This document shows positions 55,932-64,000 of a stretch of DNA of 64,000 nucleotides, piece after piece (the stretch's first letter is position 1; every line of letters begins with the position of its first letter). Source of the stretch: Bdellovibrionales bacterium. GTDB taxonomy: Bacteria > Bdellovibrionota > Bdellovibrionia > Bdellovibrionales > UBA1609. Below the pieces are notes generated by a model that saw only the letters and a program-made list of their open reading frames with translations, did no database searches and had not been told where the DNA came from. The position numbers were made by a program, and so were the translations under genes. Location of the stretch: positions 100,013-164,012 of the forward strand of contig OZ241911.1 of NCBI GenBank assembly GCA_965203785.1, read 5' to 3'.

Positions 55932-56869
55932 TTTAAAGAAGATAATAAATTTCGAATATAAAGATGAAAGCTTTGCCGAATGTGAACATAGCCATCTTTT
56001 AAGATCAATTGCTTTGGAGGATTGGGAAAAGGAGCCGAAGCCATAAATGCATGCAAAGCAGCTGAATCAATATCCTCTTGTCCGCAACTTTTAATGACTT
56101 GTAAATCTTCTAACTCCCCAGATGGAGAAAGTAGGGCGTAAAGATGAGTGGAAAAAAGTTGATGAGTAAAACCTTGAGATAATTTGAAAAGTAAGAGATG
56201 AGGGTCTTTTCGAAAATACTGAACCCAACGAAGATAAAGTTGTTCTTTCATCCGAGAAAAATAAGAATAATAAAGAAACTCTTTTGTGCTGAGCAAGGTA
56301 TGAGAACCCAATTCGATACCCGGCAAAAAATCTGTTGTCCGACTCCAATCACTGCTCTCATCTAAGTTAGAAGTGGCGTTAGATATTGCGTTTTTAGACA
56401 ATTGATGAGTAGAAACTCCCGACAAATCTAACTGCAGAGGTTGAGAGAGTTCTTTTTTAAAGCGATCTGGCAGAACGGAGCTTATTTGACGATTGACCTT
56501 TTTCTTAGGGGTTAAATGAGAAGACGGTGAATGAGAAGACATTGAAGATGTAGACTGTTGATGAAAAAGCCCTTCCATCATGGCTTGTGTTTGTTTTTCG
56601 ATGGCTTGATTTTTGCGACTTAAATAGGGGGTTTTTTGTTTGGGAATGAGTTGATTAAAATCGGTTTGATCGACAATTTGCCGTTGCTGGTGAGAATTTA
56701 AAAAATCCACAAAAACCAAAGATTTTTCTGGAGGAGAAGAGGAAGGCAAGGTCCACCAAGCCCACAAAAAAAAGAAAGAATGGATCAATACAGACAATAA
56801 TAGACACTTTACAAAAAATAATTGGCGGTTTGCAGTTTGCCGAATCTTCTGAATCACCATTTCCTCCAT
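55928..56869 (-). CDS. TonB-like protein (N-terminal anchor, S/P-rich linker, TonB C-terminal-type domain)
   Basis: A TM segment (LFFVKCLLLSVLIHSFFFLWAWW) and the C-terminal ...G.LEDLQVIKSCGQEDIDSAALHAFMASAPFPNPP, which resembles the TonB_C pattern. Confidence 0.5.
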   Translation of the reverse strand: MEEMVIQKIRQTANRQLFFVKCLLLSVLIHSFFFLWAWWTLPSSSPPEKSLVFVDFLNSHQQRQIVDQTDFNQLIPKQKTPYLSRKNQAIEKQTQAMMEGLFHQQSTSSMSSHSPSSHLTPKKKVNRQISSVLPDRFKKELSQPLQLDLSGVSTHQLSKNAISNATSNLDESSDWSRTTDFLPGIELGSHTLLSTKEFLYYSYFSRMKEQLYLRWVQYFRKDPHLLLFKLSQGFTHQLFSTHLYALLSPSGELEDLQVIKSCGQEDIDSAALHAFMASAPFPNPPKQLILKDGYVHIRQSFHLYIRNLLSSLN

Positions 56870-56985
56870 TAAAATCTTTTAAAATCTTTTAATTCAAGCT
56901 ATTTGATTTGCTATAAGAATTAAAATATCCTAACACAGAAAGTAAAATTTTTACTATAAAGACCGTAAAATTATAATATAGCTAT

Positions 56986-57720
56986 ATGAAACTGGACTTT
57001 TATTCAGATACCCATGTTGGACTCATCCGAAACGAAAACCAAGATACGATTTTGGCGGATGGAGAACATGGACTGTTTATAGTAGCAGATGGAATGGGTG
57101 GACACAGAGGAGGGAAAACGGCCTCTCAACTGGCGGTTCAGCTAATTGGAGATCATTTAAAAGAAAAACTCAAAACAGATCCCTCTGCCTCTATGGCTCA
57201 AGAGATTGAACAAACTTATAAACAAACCAATAAAACCATTTACAACAAAGGTCTCCAAAACATTCAACTCAGAGGAATGGGAACCACTGCCTGTTTGTTT
57301 TTAGTGCAGAAAAATGAAGTTGCCTATATTGGCAATGTTGGAGATTCCCGCCTTTACTTATTTAAAGAAAACACTTTATGGCAAATCACAGAAGATCACA
57401 CTGTTATTACAGATCAAAACAAAGCAAATTTACTAACTGGGAAAAATCTTTCTAACGAGTTTTTTACAGAAGATAATATGTTAACAAAAAGTGTTGGATT
57501 TTTTTACGATGTCAGCCCAGATATTTTTAAAAAAAAAGTCCAAGCAAAAGAAGTTTACTTAATGTGCTCAGATGGGTTGACGGGACTAGCTTCTCATCCA
57601 GAAATAGAAAATATTTTAATCCACAACCGAGGACAAAAAAGAGTCCAAGAATGTATCAAATTAGCTTTAAAAAAGGGAGGTTCTGATAATATTTCTGTCA
57701 TTATTATTGAAATATCTTAA
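56986..57720 (+). CDS. PP2C-family Ser/Thr protein phosphatase
   Basis: G..R..NQD, FIVADGMGGHRGG, GDSRLY, CSDGL, and GGSDNISVIII. Confidence 0.9.
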   Translation: MKLDFYSDTHVGLIRNENQDTILADGEHGLFIVADGMGGHRGGKTASQLAVQLIGDHLKEKLKTDPSASMAQEIEQTYKQTNKTIYNKGLQNIQLRGMGTTACLFLVQKNEVAYIGNVGDSRLYLFKENTLWQITEDHTVITDQNKANLLTGKNLSNEFFTEDNMLTKSVGFFYDVSPDIFKKKVQAKEVYLMCSDGLTGLASHPEIENILIHNRGQKRVQECIKLALKKGGSDNISVIIIEIS

Positions 57721-57741
57721 GAAAGGACTTTTACTTATAGA

Positions 57742-58722
57742 ATGAAAAAACAACTTAAAAAACACTATACCCTGTTGATCAGCTCCAATGACCAAAAAGA
57801 TTGTGTGAAAGAATGGCACATCCCAGCAATTTGGGTTCGTTTAAGTGCAATTGGACTTTTAACCTTAATCGTGGGGATTGGAGTTTTGGGAATAGACTAT
57901 GGGTTACTTTTTTTTAAAAAAACCCATTTCGAAAAAAACATCCACGAAAACCAATCTTTAAAAAATCAGATTGTCCAAATGAAGGACAAAGTAAAACACA
58001 TTCAATCTCGGTTAAATCAGATGGAAGATTTTTCTTATCAGCTAAAAATATTAGCTGGGGTAGAAAATCCCACTTCTCCTAAACTCACCACATTAAACGC
58101 AATTGGTCCTTTTGTGGGTCCTTTGTCTGAATCTTCGGCAGGTAATCCTTTTTTATATTCTAATAAAAAACCTCTTAAATCTCATGCATCTCCTCCTTAT
58201 TTACCGTCTTTAGAAGCGGATGCCGTTATTATGAACATTCATCAGTTAGACAAAAAATCTCAATTGGTTCAGCAAGATATTTACCGAATTTTGCAAAAAC
58301 TTTACACAGAGCGAGATAAAATCATGAGTACTCCGAGTTTGATGCCGGTTCGGGGGTGGATCAGTTCTGGCTTTGGTTGGCGTCAGTATCCTTTGAGCGA
58401 AGAAGTATCTTTACACGAGGGAATAGACATTGCGGCCTTGCCCGGCACTCCAGTTTATGCTCCAGGCGATGGAGAAGTTGTATTTGCGGGCTATCAAATA
58501 GGCTATGGAAAAGTAATTATTGTAGACCATGGGTGGGAGCTTTCTACTCTCTATGGGCATCTTTCTGAAATTATGGTCACACACGGACAAAAAATTAAAA
58601 GGAAACAAGTCATTGGAGTCACTGGCAATACAGGGCATTCTTCGGGTCCGCATTTGCATTACGAAGTACGTATTGCTGGAGTCCCGGTAGATCCATCTCA
58701 TTACATATTAAATAAACTTTAA
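57742..58722 (+). CDS. M23-family metallopeptidase with N-terminal TM and coiled coil (EnvC/NlpD-like)
   Basis: HEGIDIAA..GTPVYAPGDGEVVFAG, and GNTGHSSGPHLHYEVR. Confidence 0.9.
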   Translation: MKKQLKKHYTLLISSNDQKDCVKEWHIPAIWVRLSAIGLLTLIVGIGVLGIDYGLLFFKKTHFEKNIHENQSLKNQIVQMKDKVKHIQSRLNQMEDFSYQLKILAGVENPTSPKLTTLNAIGPFVGPLSESSAGNPFLYSNKKPLKSHASPPYLPSLEADAVIMNIHQLDKKSQLVQQDIYRILQKLYTERDKIMSTPSLMPVRGWISSGFGWRQYPLSEEVSLHEGIDIAALPGTPVYAPGDGEVVFAGYQIGYGKVIIVDHGWELSTLYGHLSEIMVTHGQKIKRKQVIGVTGNTGHSSGPHLHYEVRIAGVPVDPSHYILNKL

Positions 58723-58743
58723 CCTTTTTTTAAACGATAAGTA

Positions 58744-59109
58744 ATGCATTCTATTTTAGAAATTAAATCTTTAAACTTACCGGTCCGAATTGGAAAACAA
58801 AAAAAGGAGAGAAACACTGCTCAAAATATTTGTTTTTCTATTAAAATTGGCTTTAAAAAAGCTCCAACTGATGAGGAACAAAAAGACTTTTCTTCTCATT
58901 TAATATGTTATCAGAGTCTTTGTGAGCAAATTAAAACTCTGACTGAAGAGTCAAGTTTTGTTTGGATCGAAACATTGGCAAAACAGGTGGTTCAAAAGTT
59001 AAAAGCCTTACTCCCTAAAGAAGTGGCTTTACAAGTTTGTGTCCACAAAAAACCAAAAGTATTGGGGCTTAAAGGTGGGGTATCTTATATTTGTGGAGAT
59101 CAATTTTGA
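58744..59109 (+). CDS. folB: Dihydroneopterin aldolase family protein
   Basis: About 120 aa with I.L..L....RIG....ER...Q.....I at the N-terminus. It lies directly upstream of, and overlaps, folK-folP. Confidence 0.65.
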   Translation: MHSILEIKSLNLPVRIGKQKKERNTAQNICFSIKIGFKKAPTDEEQKDFSSHLICYQSLCEQIKTLTEESSFVWIETLAKQVVQKLKALLPKEVALQVCVHKKPKVLGLKGGVSYICGDQF

Positions 59110-60428
59110 AAGTCTATGTGGGAGTTGGCTCCAACTTAGGGGATCGTGCTTTTTATCTTCAATCCGCTGTTAGAGAGCTTAAAAAAAAATTTAATGTCAT
59201 ACGCACTTCTTTAATTTACGAAACACCTCCTCTTATTCCCCAAACCCCTCTAAGAGGAACAAAAATCAAAAAAGAAGGAGGAGCTTTTTTAAATACTGTT
59301 TTAGAAATAGATCTTTTAGAAAATAAACAAAATCCAAAAACTCAAGCAACTGAACTTCTAAAAACTTTTAAAAAAATAGAAAAATCTTTGGGGAGAAAGT
59401 ATTCTCAAACTCTTTATTCTCCTCGAGAAATTGACTTAGACCTTTTACTCTTTGGAGATTATGTGATGCACATAGCTCCAAGTAAAAATCTCCCGGGTGG
59501 TCTCGTTGTGCCTCATAAAAAATTAAGTAGGAGAAATTTTGTTCTCACTCCTTTAAAAGAGCTTTGTCCTTTTTTAAAAATTCCGGGATTTAACAAAAAT
59601 ATTTTACAACTTTGCCGTTTACTTAAAAAACCTCTTCCCACTTGGATGAACATTGTAAACATCACACCCGATTCTTTTTCTGAAACCAAAAAAATAACTG
59701 TCAAAGAATTTGAAACTTTACTCCAAACCACTCCACTTGCGAAGTGTCACATTTGGGATTTAGGTGCACAGTCTACTCGGCCAAAGGCTCATCTGATTTC
59801 TTCAACTGAAGAATGGAAGCGGTTAGAAGAATTTATCGATTGCTTTCGAGACTATTACTTGGATAAGTGTTTTCGACCTCTTTTAAGTATAGACACTTGC
59901 AATATAAAAACCGCTCAACTGGCTATAGAAAAAGGAGCCAATATTATCAACGATGTCAGTGGGTTGGGGAATTTAGATTTTTTGGATCTTTTAAAATCTT
60001 TCGATGTTGATTATGTTTTAATGCATAGTTTAAGTGTACCTGCAGATTTAAAAAAAACTTTTTCTTCTCAGCAAGACCCGGTAGCAGAAATTAAAAAGTG
60101 GCTCAGTGCAAAATGTCAAATTTTAGAAAAACACTCCATTAGACCTGAGCGAGTTATTTTTGACCCCGGTATTGGCTTTGGAAAAACCGCTCAACAATCT
60201 TTAGAAATTTTAAAACGAATCAGAGAGTTTTCAGAAATCCCTTTAAGAATTGGAGTTGGACATTCTCGAAAATCTTTTATGAACCAATTTTCTAAAACCC
60301 CTGCTTCTGAAAGAACACCAGAGAGTATAGGTGTGTCTTTAGCTTTAGCCCAAGCAGGAGTAGATATTTTAAGAGTACATCTTGCCACTCATCATGCAAA
60401 AGCTCACCTAGCCTATCAATGGGTCTAA
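59106..60428 (+). CDS. folKP: Fused 6-hydroxymethyl-dihydropterin pyrophosphokinase / dihydropteroate synthase
   Basis: HPPK half: KVYVGVGSNLGDR, YETPP, REIDLDLLLFGD, and VPHKKL..R.FVL.PL. DHPS half: MNIVNITPDSFSE, GAQSTRP, SIDT, INDVSG, DPGIGFGK, GVGHSRKSF, and LRVH. The start is uncertain (TTG 59091 or TTG 59106; the latter overlaps the folB stop as TTGA). Confidence 0.88.
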   Translation: MKVYVGVGSNLGDRAFYLQSAVRELKKKFNVIRTSLIYETPPLIPQTPLRGTKIKKEGGAFLNTVLEIDLLENKQNPKTQATELLKTFKKIEKSLGRKYSQTLYSPREIDLDLLLFGDYVMHIAPSKNLPGGLVVPHKKLSRRNFVLTPLKELCPFLKIPGFNKNILQLCRLLKKPLPTWMNIVNITPDSFSETKKITVKEFETLLQTTPLAKCHIWDLGAQSTRPKAHLISSTEEWKRLEEFIDCFRDYYLDKCFRPLLSIDTCNIKTAQLAIEKGANIINDVSGLGNLDFLDLLKSFDVDYVLMHSLSVPADLKKTFSSQQDPVAEIKKWLSAKCQILEKHSIRPERVIFDPGIGFGKTAQQSLEILKRIREFSEIPLRIGVGHSRKSFMNQFSKTPASERTPESIGVSLALAQAGVDILRVHLATHHAKAHLAYQWV

Positions 60429-60702
60429 AATATATGCTAACTCCCATTTTTTTTTACTCATAACACTACTTTTGGGCAGTTTTAGTCTTTTTTTGGCTTA
60501 TTTACTGGCTCATTCCCATTATTATATATGGTGTATGATTGATGCATTTGCATAAAATTCAATTTTCTTATACACTCGATTTAAAGAATTTAAAGGTCTT
60601 TTAAGTAAATGGTTTATTTTAAGTAAATTGTTTAAAATGAATTATTTATTTAAGTATAGTTTAGGTGTTCAACTTTAATTTTAAACTAAAGGGAGATAAA
60701 AA

Positions 60703-61296
60703 ATGATTTTTAATTTAAAAAAACAAATTGGCTTTATATTATTAGCATTGAGTTTGATGTGTATTGTTTGGCAAGCTCAAGCTCAGATGCATTATTCTCG
60801 AGGAAGTAGCAAATATATGCTTCTCAATTTAAACACTAAGTGGCATCCCTATTTAAATGTCAATTCGGTGGCTCGTAGAATGGGTGGAAATATCGGTTAT
60901 GGACAAAATTTGGGTTCACATGGATATTACGGACTTTTTGAAATAGGTATCGACAGCATTGCTTTTTCATCTTTGGGTCTTCTCTTAAGATATGGGTTTG
61001 AGTTTATGCGACATAGTCCTTTTTCTATTGGTTTGGGTATAAGCCTTACACCTCATTATGTGTTACGACAAAATAGATTTACTAATCTCGTATTAACTGA
61101 CAATAACCAAAATCGAATATTTTTACCGTATGCTTTAGAGATATCTGGAAAGTTTAAAATCACACATAAACTCAGTGGAGTTTTAAGACTTGGTTTGGGA
61201 AGTGTTTTATACCCACTGAATAAACAAGGCACACGAACTATGTTACCTATCCCTCAACAATTAGGAGTGGAGTTAGGAATTCGATATTATCTGTAA
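60703..61296 (+). CDS. Small outer-membrane beta-barrel-like protein
   Basis: Signal peptide ending AQAQ, alternating Gly/aromatic beta-strand-like segments, and a C-terminal GVELGIRYYL. AAAGGGAG Shine-Dalgarno. Confidence 0.45.
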   Translation: MIFNLKKQIGFILLALSLMCIVWQAQAQMHYSRGSSKYMLLNLNTKWHPYLNVNSVARRMGGNIGYGQNLGSHGYYGLFEIGIDSIAFSSLGLLLRYGFEFMRHSPFSIGLGISLTPHYVLRQNRFTNLVLTDNNQNRIFLPYALEISGKFKITHKLSGVLRLGLGSVLYPLNKQGTRTMLPIPQQLGVELGIRYYL

Positions 61297-61332
61297 TTAA
61301 TATTTGATTATAAAAAAAATAAAATTTTTAAA

Positions 61333-61365
61333 AAAGAACCTTTAAAAAAAGGTTCTTTTTTTTTG
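61333..61365 (+). terminator. Rho-independent terminator
   Basis: The stem is agaacc (61335-40) / ggttct (61351-56), followed by a T8 run. Confidence 0.7.
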
Positions 61366-61630
61366 GCTTTCTTTTTACTCGTTTTTTTTGATTAAAAACA
61401 ATACTTAAAAAACTTATAAAGTGCTAAAGAAGCACTCCTTTAAACAATGGGTATGTAAAATTTACACAGAAATATTATTTTGTTTTTCTTTATAAGAAAA
61501 TTTCATATAAATCTAATGGACTACCTTAAATTTATATAAAAATTTGCATAAAACAGAAGTTTTATAAAAAGAAATTTTATAAAAGAAGCTTAAAAACAAG
61601 GAGCTTTATAAAAAAACCGGTACACTTATT

Positions 61631-63550
61631 ATGAATAAAACAAAAACTGCTTTATTGGCTAAAACTTTTTATTTAATCGTATTTAGTGTATTATTTGAAC
61701 ACATTATTTTATTACCAGCCATAGCTCAAGACTTATGCTCTTTAACTTTTACACAAAAACAATATCCAAATAGAGAACCGATTATAAAATCTCCTCCACA
61801 AAATAAAGATACAACTGCCACTGGACCACTTACAAAAAATCAAATTTTATCTGAGCAATTAAGTAATCTTTTACAAAATCATTTAGAAGATTATCAATCT
61901 CAAAAAGGGTATGTCGATATAGCTAATAAATATTTTAATGGGTATTTAATAAAAGCTTTTCGTTTTGTATCATCGATATTAGAACCTACTCAGTTTAAAA
62001 AATTAAAATGGAGAGAGTTTCACGGTTCAACACAAGAATTCTATAACATTCAAAAAGTTTTTTTAAATGAACAAAATGAAGCCAAAAAAGAGTTTATTGG
62101 TATCAAAGGGTATATGCATTTTGCTGAAAAGTTTTTTGATGGATATATGACTAAAGCATTTATAAATGTATCAGCTGTTTTTGGAAGAGAAATGGTAAAA
62201 AAAATTGGTTGGCACCAATTTAATGGCACCTCACAAGAAGCTCGTGATGTAAAAAGTGAACTATTAAATTCGAATGGGAATATTAAATCCACTTATATTG
62301 GCATGCAAGGGTTTGCGTTGTTTGCAGAATTTTATTTTAAAAATGACATGAATAAAACTTATCGAAATGTATTAGCTGCAATAGGTAAAAAACACCTTAA
62401 ACAACTCAAATGGAAATCATTTGTAGGTACAGCACGAGACTTTATAGGCACAACAAAAGATTTTGATACAGTCTACCATTTAGTAGTAGACGAAAACAAT
62501 CAAATTAAAAAAGAATTTATTGGATCCAATGGTTTAATAGATATCGCTAAAAAACATTATAGTAATAATGTATCCACAGCCTACAGTAATATTAGTGCGG
62601 TATTAGATAAAGCCATGTTTCAGAAACTTAAATGGAAAACTTTTAATGGGCATACTAAAGAATATCTAATGGGGAAAAACCTTGTTAAAAAATTTGAATC
62701 GATTAATGTATTTATTAAAGCCTACTCTGGCACACAAGGACATATTCGTATTGCCGATGAGTTAACAAATGGCAATATGAACAGAGCTTACGGAGTTATA
62801 TCTTTAGTACTTAAACCCTATAAATTTAAACAACTTAACTGGACTCAGTTTACAGGAACTACCGAAAAATTTAATTTAATGCAAGATCATCTATTGGATA
62901 AAGATCATAATTTAAAAGAGGAATTTATTGGCACCAATGGGTATGTTAATTTTGCTGATTTATATACAAATAGTCAGATGATCCGAGCATTTACGAGTGC
63001 TATTAAAATATTAGGTAGCAACGAGGCCGTTAGACAGAAATTACAGTGGAAGACCTATTTAGGTAACTCCACAAATACATTTAAAATGCAACAAAAATTA
63101 CTTAAAGATGAAGAAAGTATTAAACAATTTATTGAAAAATATAAAAATATGAACGGACACATTGCCTATGCCAATAAATACCTAGAAGGTAATTTACGTT
63201 TAGCCATAGAAAGTATCAAATATTTTTTAAACAAAGAAGAAATGCAACAATTACAGTGGAAAAAATTTTTTGGCTATGTGGAACAACTTAAACTTTTAAT
63301 TGAAGATTTTAACAAAAATTATCCTAAAAAATGGCAAGGTTTTAAAAATCAAACCCGAATAGCAAATAAAATATTTAATGGACACCTATATAACACTTAT
63401 AAAAACACTTTAGATGGCAGAGAGTATTTATTTGGATCAGATGCGGATGCTTTGGTTAAATTTCAAAAACTCAAATGGAAGAACTTATACCAACATGGCA
63501 ACTTCAAAACAAAAAAAATTGCGAGAATTAAAAAAAATCTCCAAAAATAA
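61631..63550 (+). CDS. Exported protein built from eight ~66-72-aa tandem repeats of an unrecognised type
   Basis: Signal peptide (FYLIVFSVLFEHIILLPAIAQ). Repeats run from about aa 91 to the C-terminus with consensus G(Y/H)xxIAxKYFxGxMxxAYxNVSAVLxxxxF(K/Q)KLKWKxFxGT...(K)EFIG. Confidence 0.75.
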   Translation: MNKTKTALLAKTFYLIVFSVLFEHIILLPAIAQDLCSLTFTQKQYPNREPIIKSPPQNKDTTATGPLTKNQILSEQLSNLLQNHLEDYQSQKGYVDIANKYFNGYLIKAFRFVSSILEPTQFKKLKWREFHGSTQEFYNIQKVFLNEQNEAKKEFIGIKGYMHFAEKFFDGYMTKAFINVSAVFGREMVKKIGWHQFNGTSQEARDVKSELLNSNGNIKSTYIGMQGFALFAEFYFKNDMNKTYRNVLAAIGKKHLKQLKWKSFVGTARDFIGTTKDFDTVYHLVVDENNQIKKEFIGSNGLIDIAKKHYSNNVSTAYSNISAVLDKAMFQKLKWKTFNGHTKEYLMGKNLVKKFESINVFIKAYSGTQGHIRIADELTNGNMNRAYGVISLVLKPYKFKQLNWTQFTGTTEKFNLMQDHLLDKDHNLKEEFIGTNGYVNFADLYTNSQMIRAFTSAIKILGSNEAVRQKLQWKTYLGNSTNTFKMQQKLLKDEESIKQFIEKYKNMNGHIAYANKYLEGNLRLAIESIKYFLNKEEMQQLQWKKFFGYVEQLKLLIEDFNKNYPKKWQGFKNQTRIANKIFNGHLYNTYKNTLDGREYLFGSDADALVKFQKLKWKNLYQHGNFKTKKIARIKKNLQK

Positions 63551-63577
63551 AATTCCCATTCCCTAGAACAAAAAAAG

Positions 63578-63652
63578 TGGCGTTCCCTACGGGACTTGAA
63601 CCCGTGTCTTCACCTTGAAAGGGTGATATCCTAACCACTAGACGAAGGGAAC
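63578..63652 (-). tRNA. tRNA-Glu (anticodon UUC), CCA encoded
   Basis: The reverse complement is GTTCCCTTCGTCTAGTGGTTAGGATATCACCCTTTCAAGGTGAAGACACGGGTTCAAGTCCCGTAGGGAACGCCA. It is collinear with E. coli tRNA-Glu, with anticodon loop CTTTCAA. Confidence 0.92.
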
Positions 63653-63660
63653 AAAAAATG

Positions 63661-63733
63661 TGACCCGCCTTGGACTCGAACCAAGGACCCTCTCCTTAAA
63701 AGGGAGATGCTCTACCAACTGAGCTAGCGGGTC
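63661..63733 (-). tRNA. tRNA-Lys (anticodon UUU), CCA not encoded
   Basis: The reverse complement is GACCCGCTAGCTCAGTTGGTAGAGCATCTCCCTTTTAAGGAGAGGGTCCTTGGTTCGAGTCCAAGGCGGGTCA, with anticodon loop CTTTTAA. Confidence 0.92.
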
Positions 63734-63763
63734 TTAATTATCCAATATAATCTAATATCTCAT

Positions 63764-64000
63764 TTATACATCAACAAATACTGGTTGAAGTTGGATTGTT
63801 TGTTTTCTATCTCGTCCAACTGAAACCATCTCAATCGGAATATTTAGCTCTTTTTGAATAAAATTCAAATACTTATAAGCATTCGGGGGTAAATCTTTAA
63901 TTTTTTTTACTCGAGAAATGTCTTCTTTCCAGCCGGGCAAGTTTTGATACACGGGTTGACATTGAGTACACTCCTCCTCATCGAGTGGAAAATAAGAGAT
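63764..64000 (-). CDS. purA: Adenylosuccinate synthetase, C-terminal part (5' end outside the window)
   Basis: The frame is open to the window edge: ISYFPLDEEECTQCQPVYQNLPGWKEDIS....DLPPNAYKYLNFIQKELNIPIEMVSVGRDRKQTI matches the PurA C-terminus. Confidence 0.85.
   Translation of the reverse strand: MSYFPLDEEECTQCQPVYQNLPGWKEDISRVKKIKDLPPNAYKYLNFIQKELNIPIEMVSVGRDRKQTIQLQPVFVDV

Overview
This 64-kb window looks like a chromosomal segment from a low-GC, diderm (Gram-negative-type) bacterium; I cannot place the lineage from sequence alone. About three quarters is ordinary, densely packed core genome: orn, ahcY, map, fumC, ald, ruvCAB, efp, a tamB-like gene next to an Omp85/BamA gene, gpmA, folD-gcvT-gcvH, yejABE and yejF-type peptide ABC transporter genes, speA and an agmatinase, leuS, folB-folKP, the purA 3' end and four tRNAs. 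Three blocks look accessory and visibly more AT-rich, judged by eye only. (1) Positions 1-3290 hold an m5C-methyltransferase, a small restriction endonuclease and a translationally coupled 602-aa unknown protein, ending next to the 3' end of tRNA-Asp. (2) Positions ~30.5-42.4 kb hold a sigma-54-type promoter driving an orphan Flp/Tad-like prepilin module. They also hold an 881-aa secreted protein with five DNA-identical 51-bp repeats encoding a Gly/Met/Phe/Pro-rich domain. Two tandem secreted paralogues share a TE(A/G)G-xx-C-x-(D/E)-C motif and glycine-zipper segments with that protein. A decayed AAA+/DUF4143 fragment, repeat-rich upstream regions and a PT-rich lipoprotein complete the block. 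This is my best candidate for an undescribed cell-surface system. (3) Positions ~60.4-63.6 kb hold a small beta-barrel protein and a secreted 639-aa protein made of eight ~68-aa repeats of a type I do not recognise, next to tRNA-Glu and tRNA-Lys. Other notable items are a SWIB-domain protein with a histone-H1-like lysine tail, a 13-repeat secreted ankyrin protein, and a CofE-like gamma-glutamyl ligase apparently co-transcribed with folD-gcvTH through an embedded tRNA-Leu. There is also a perfect 15-bp inverted repeat bracketing the promoter region of an RRM RNA-binding protein gene, and a DksA-like protein lacking the Cys4 zinc finger. No CRISPR array, rRNA, transposase or integrase was seen. 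All functional calls come from motif recognition by eye and memory of protein families, not from database searches.
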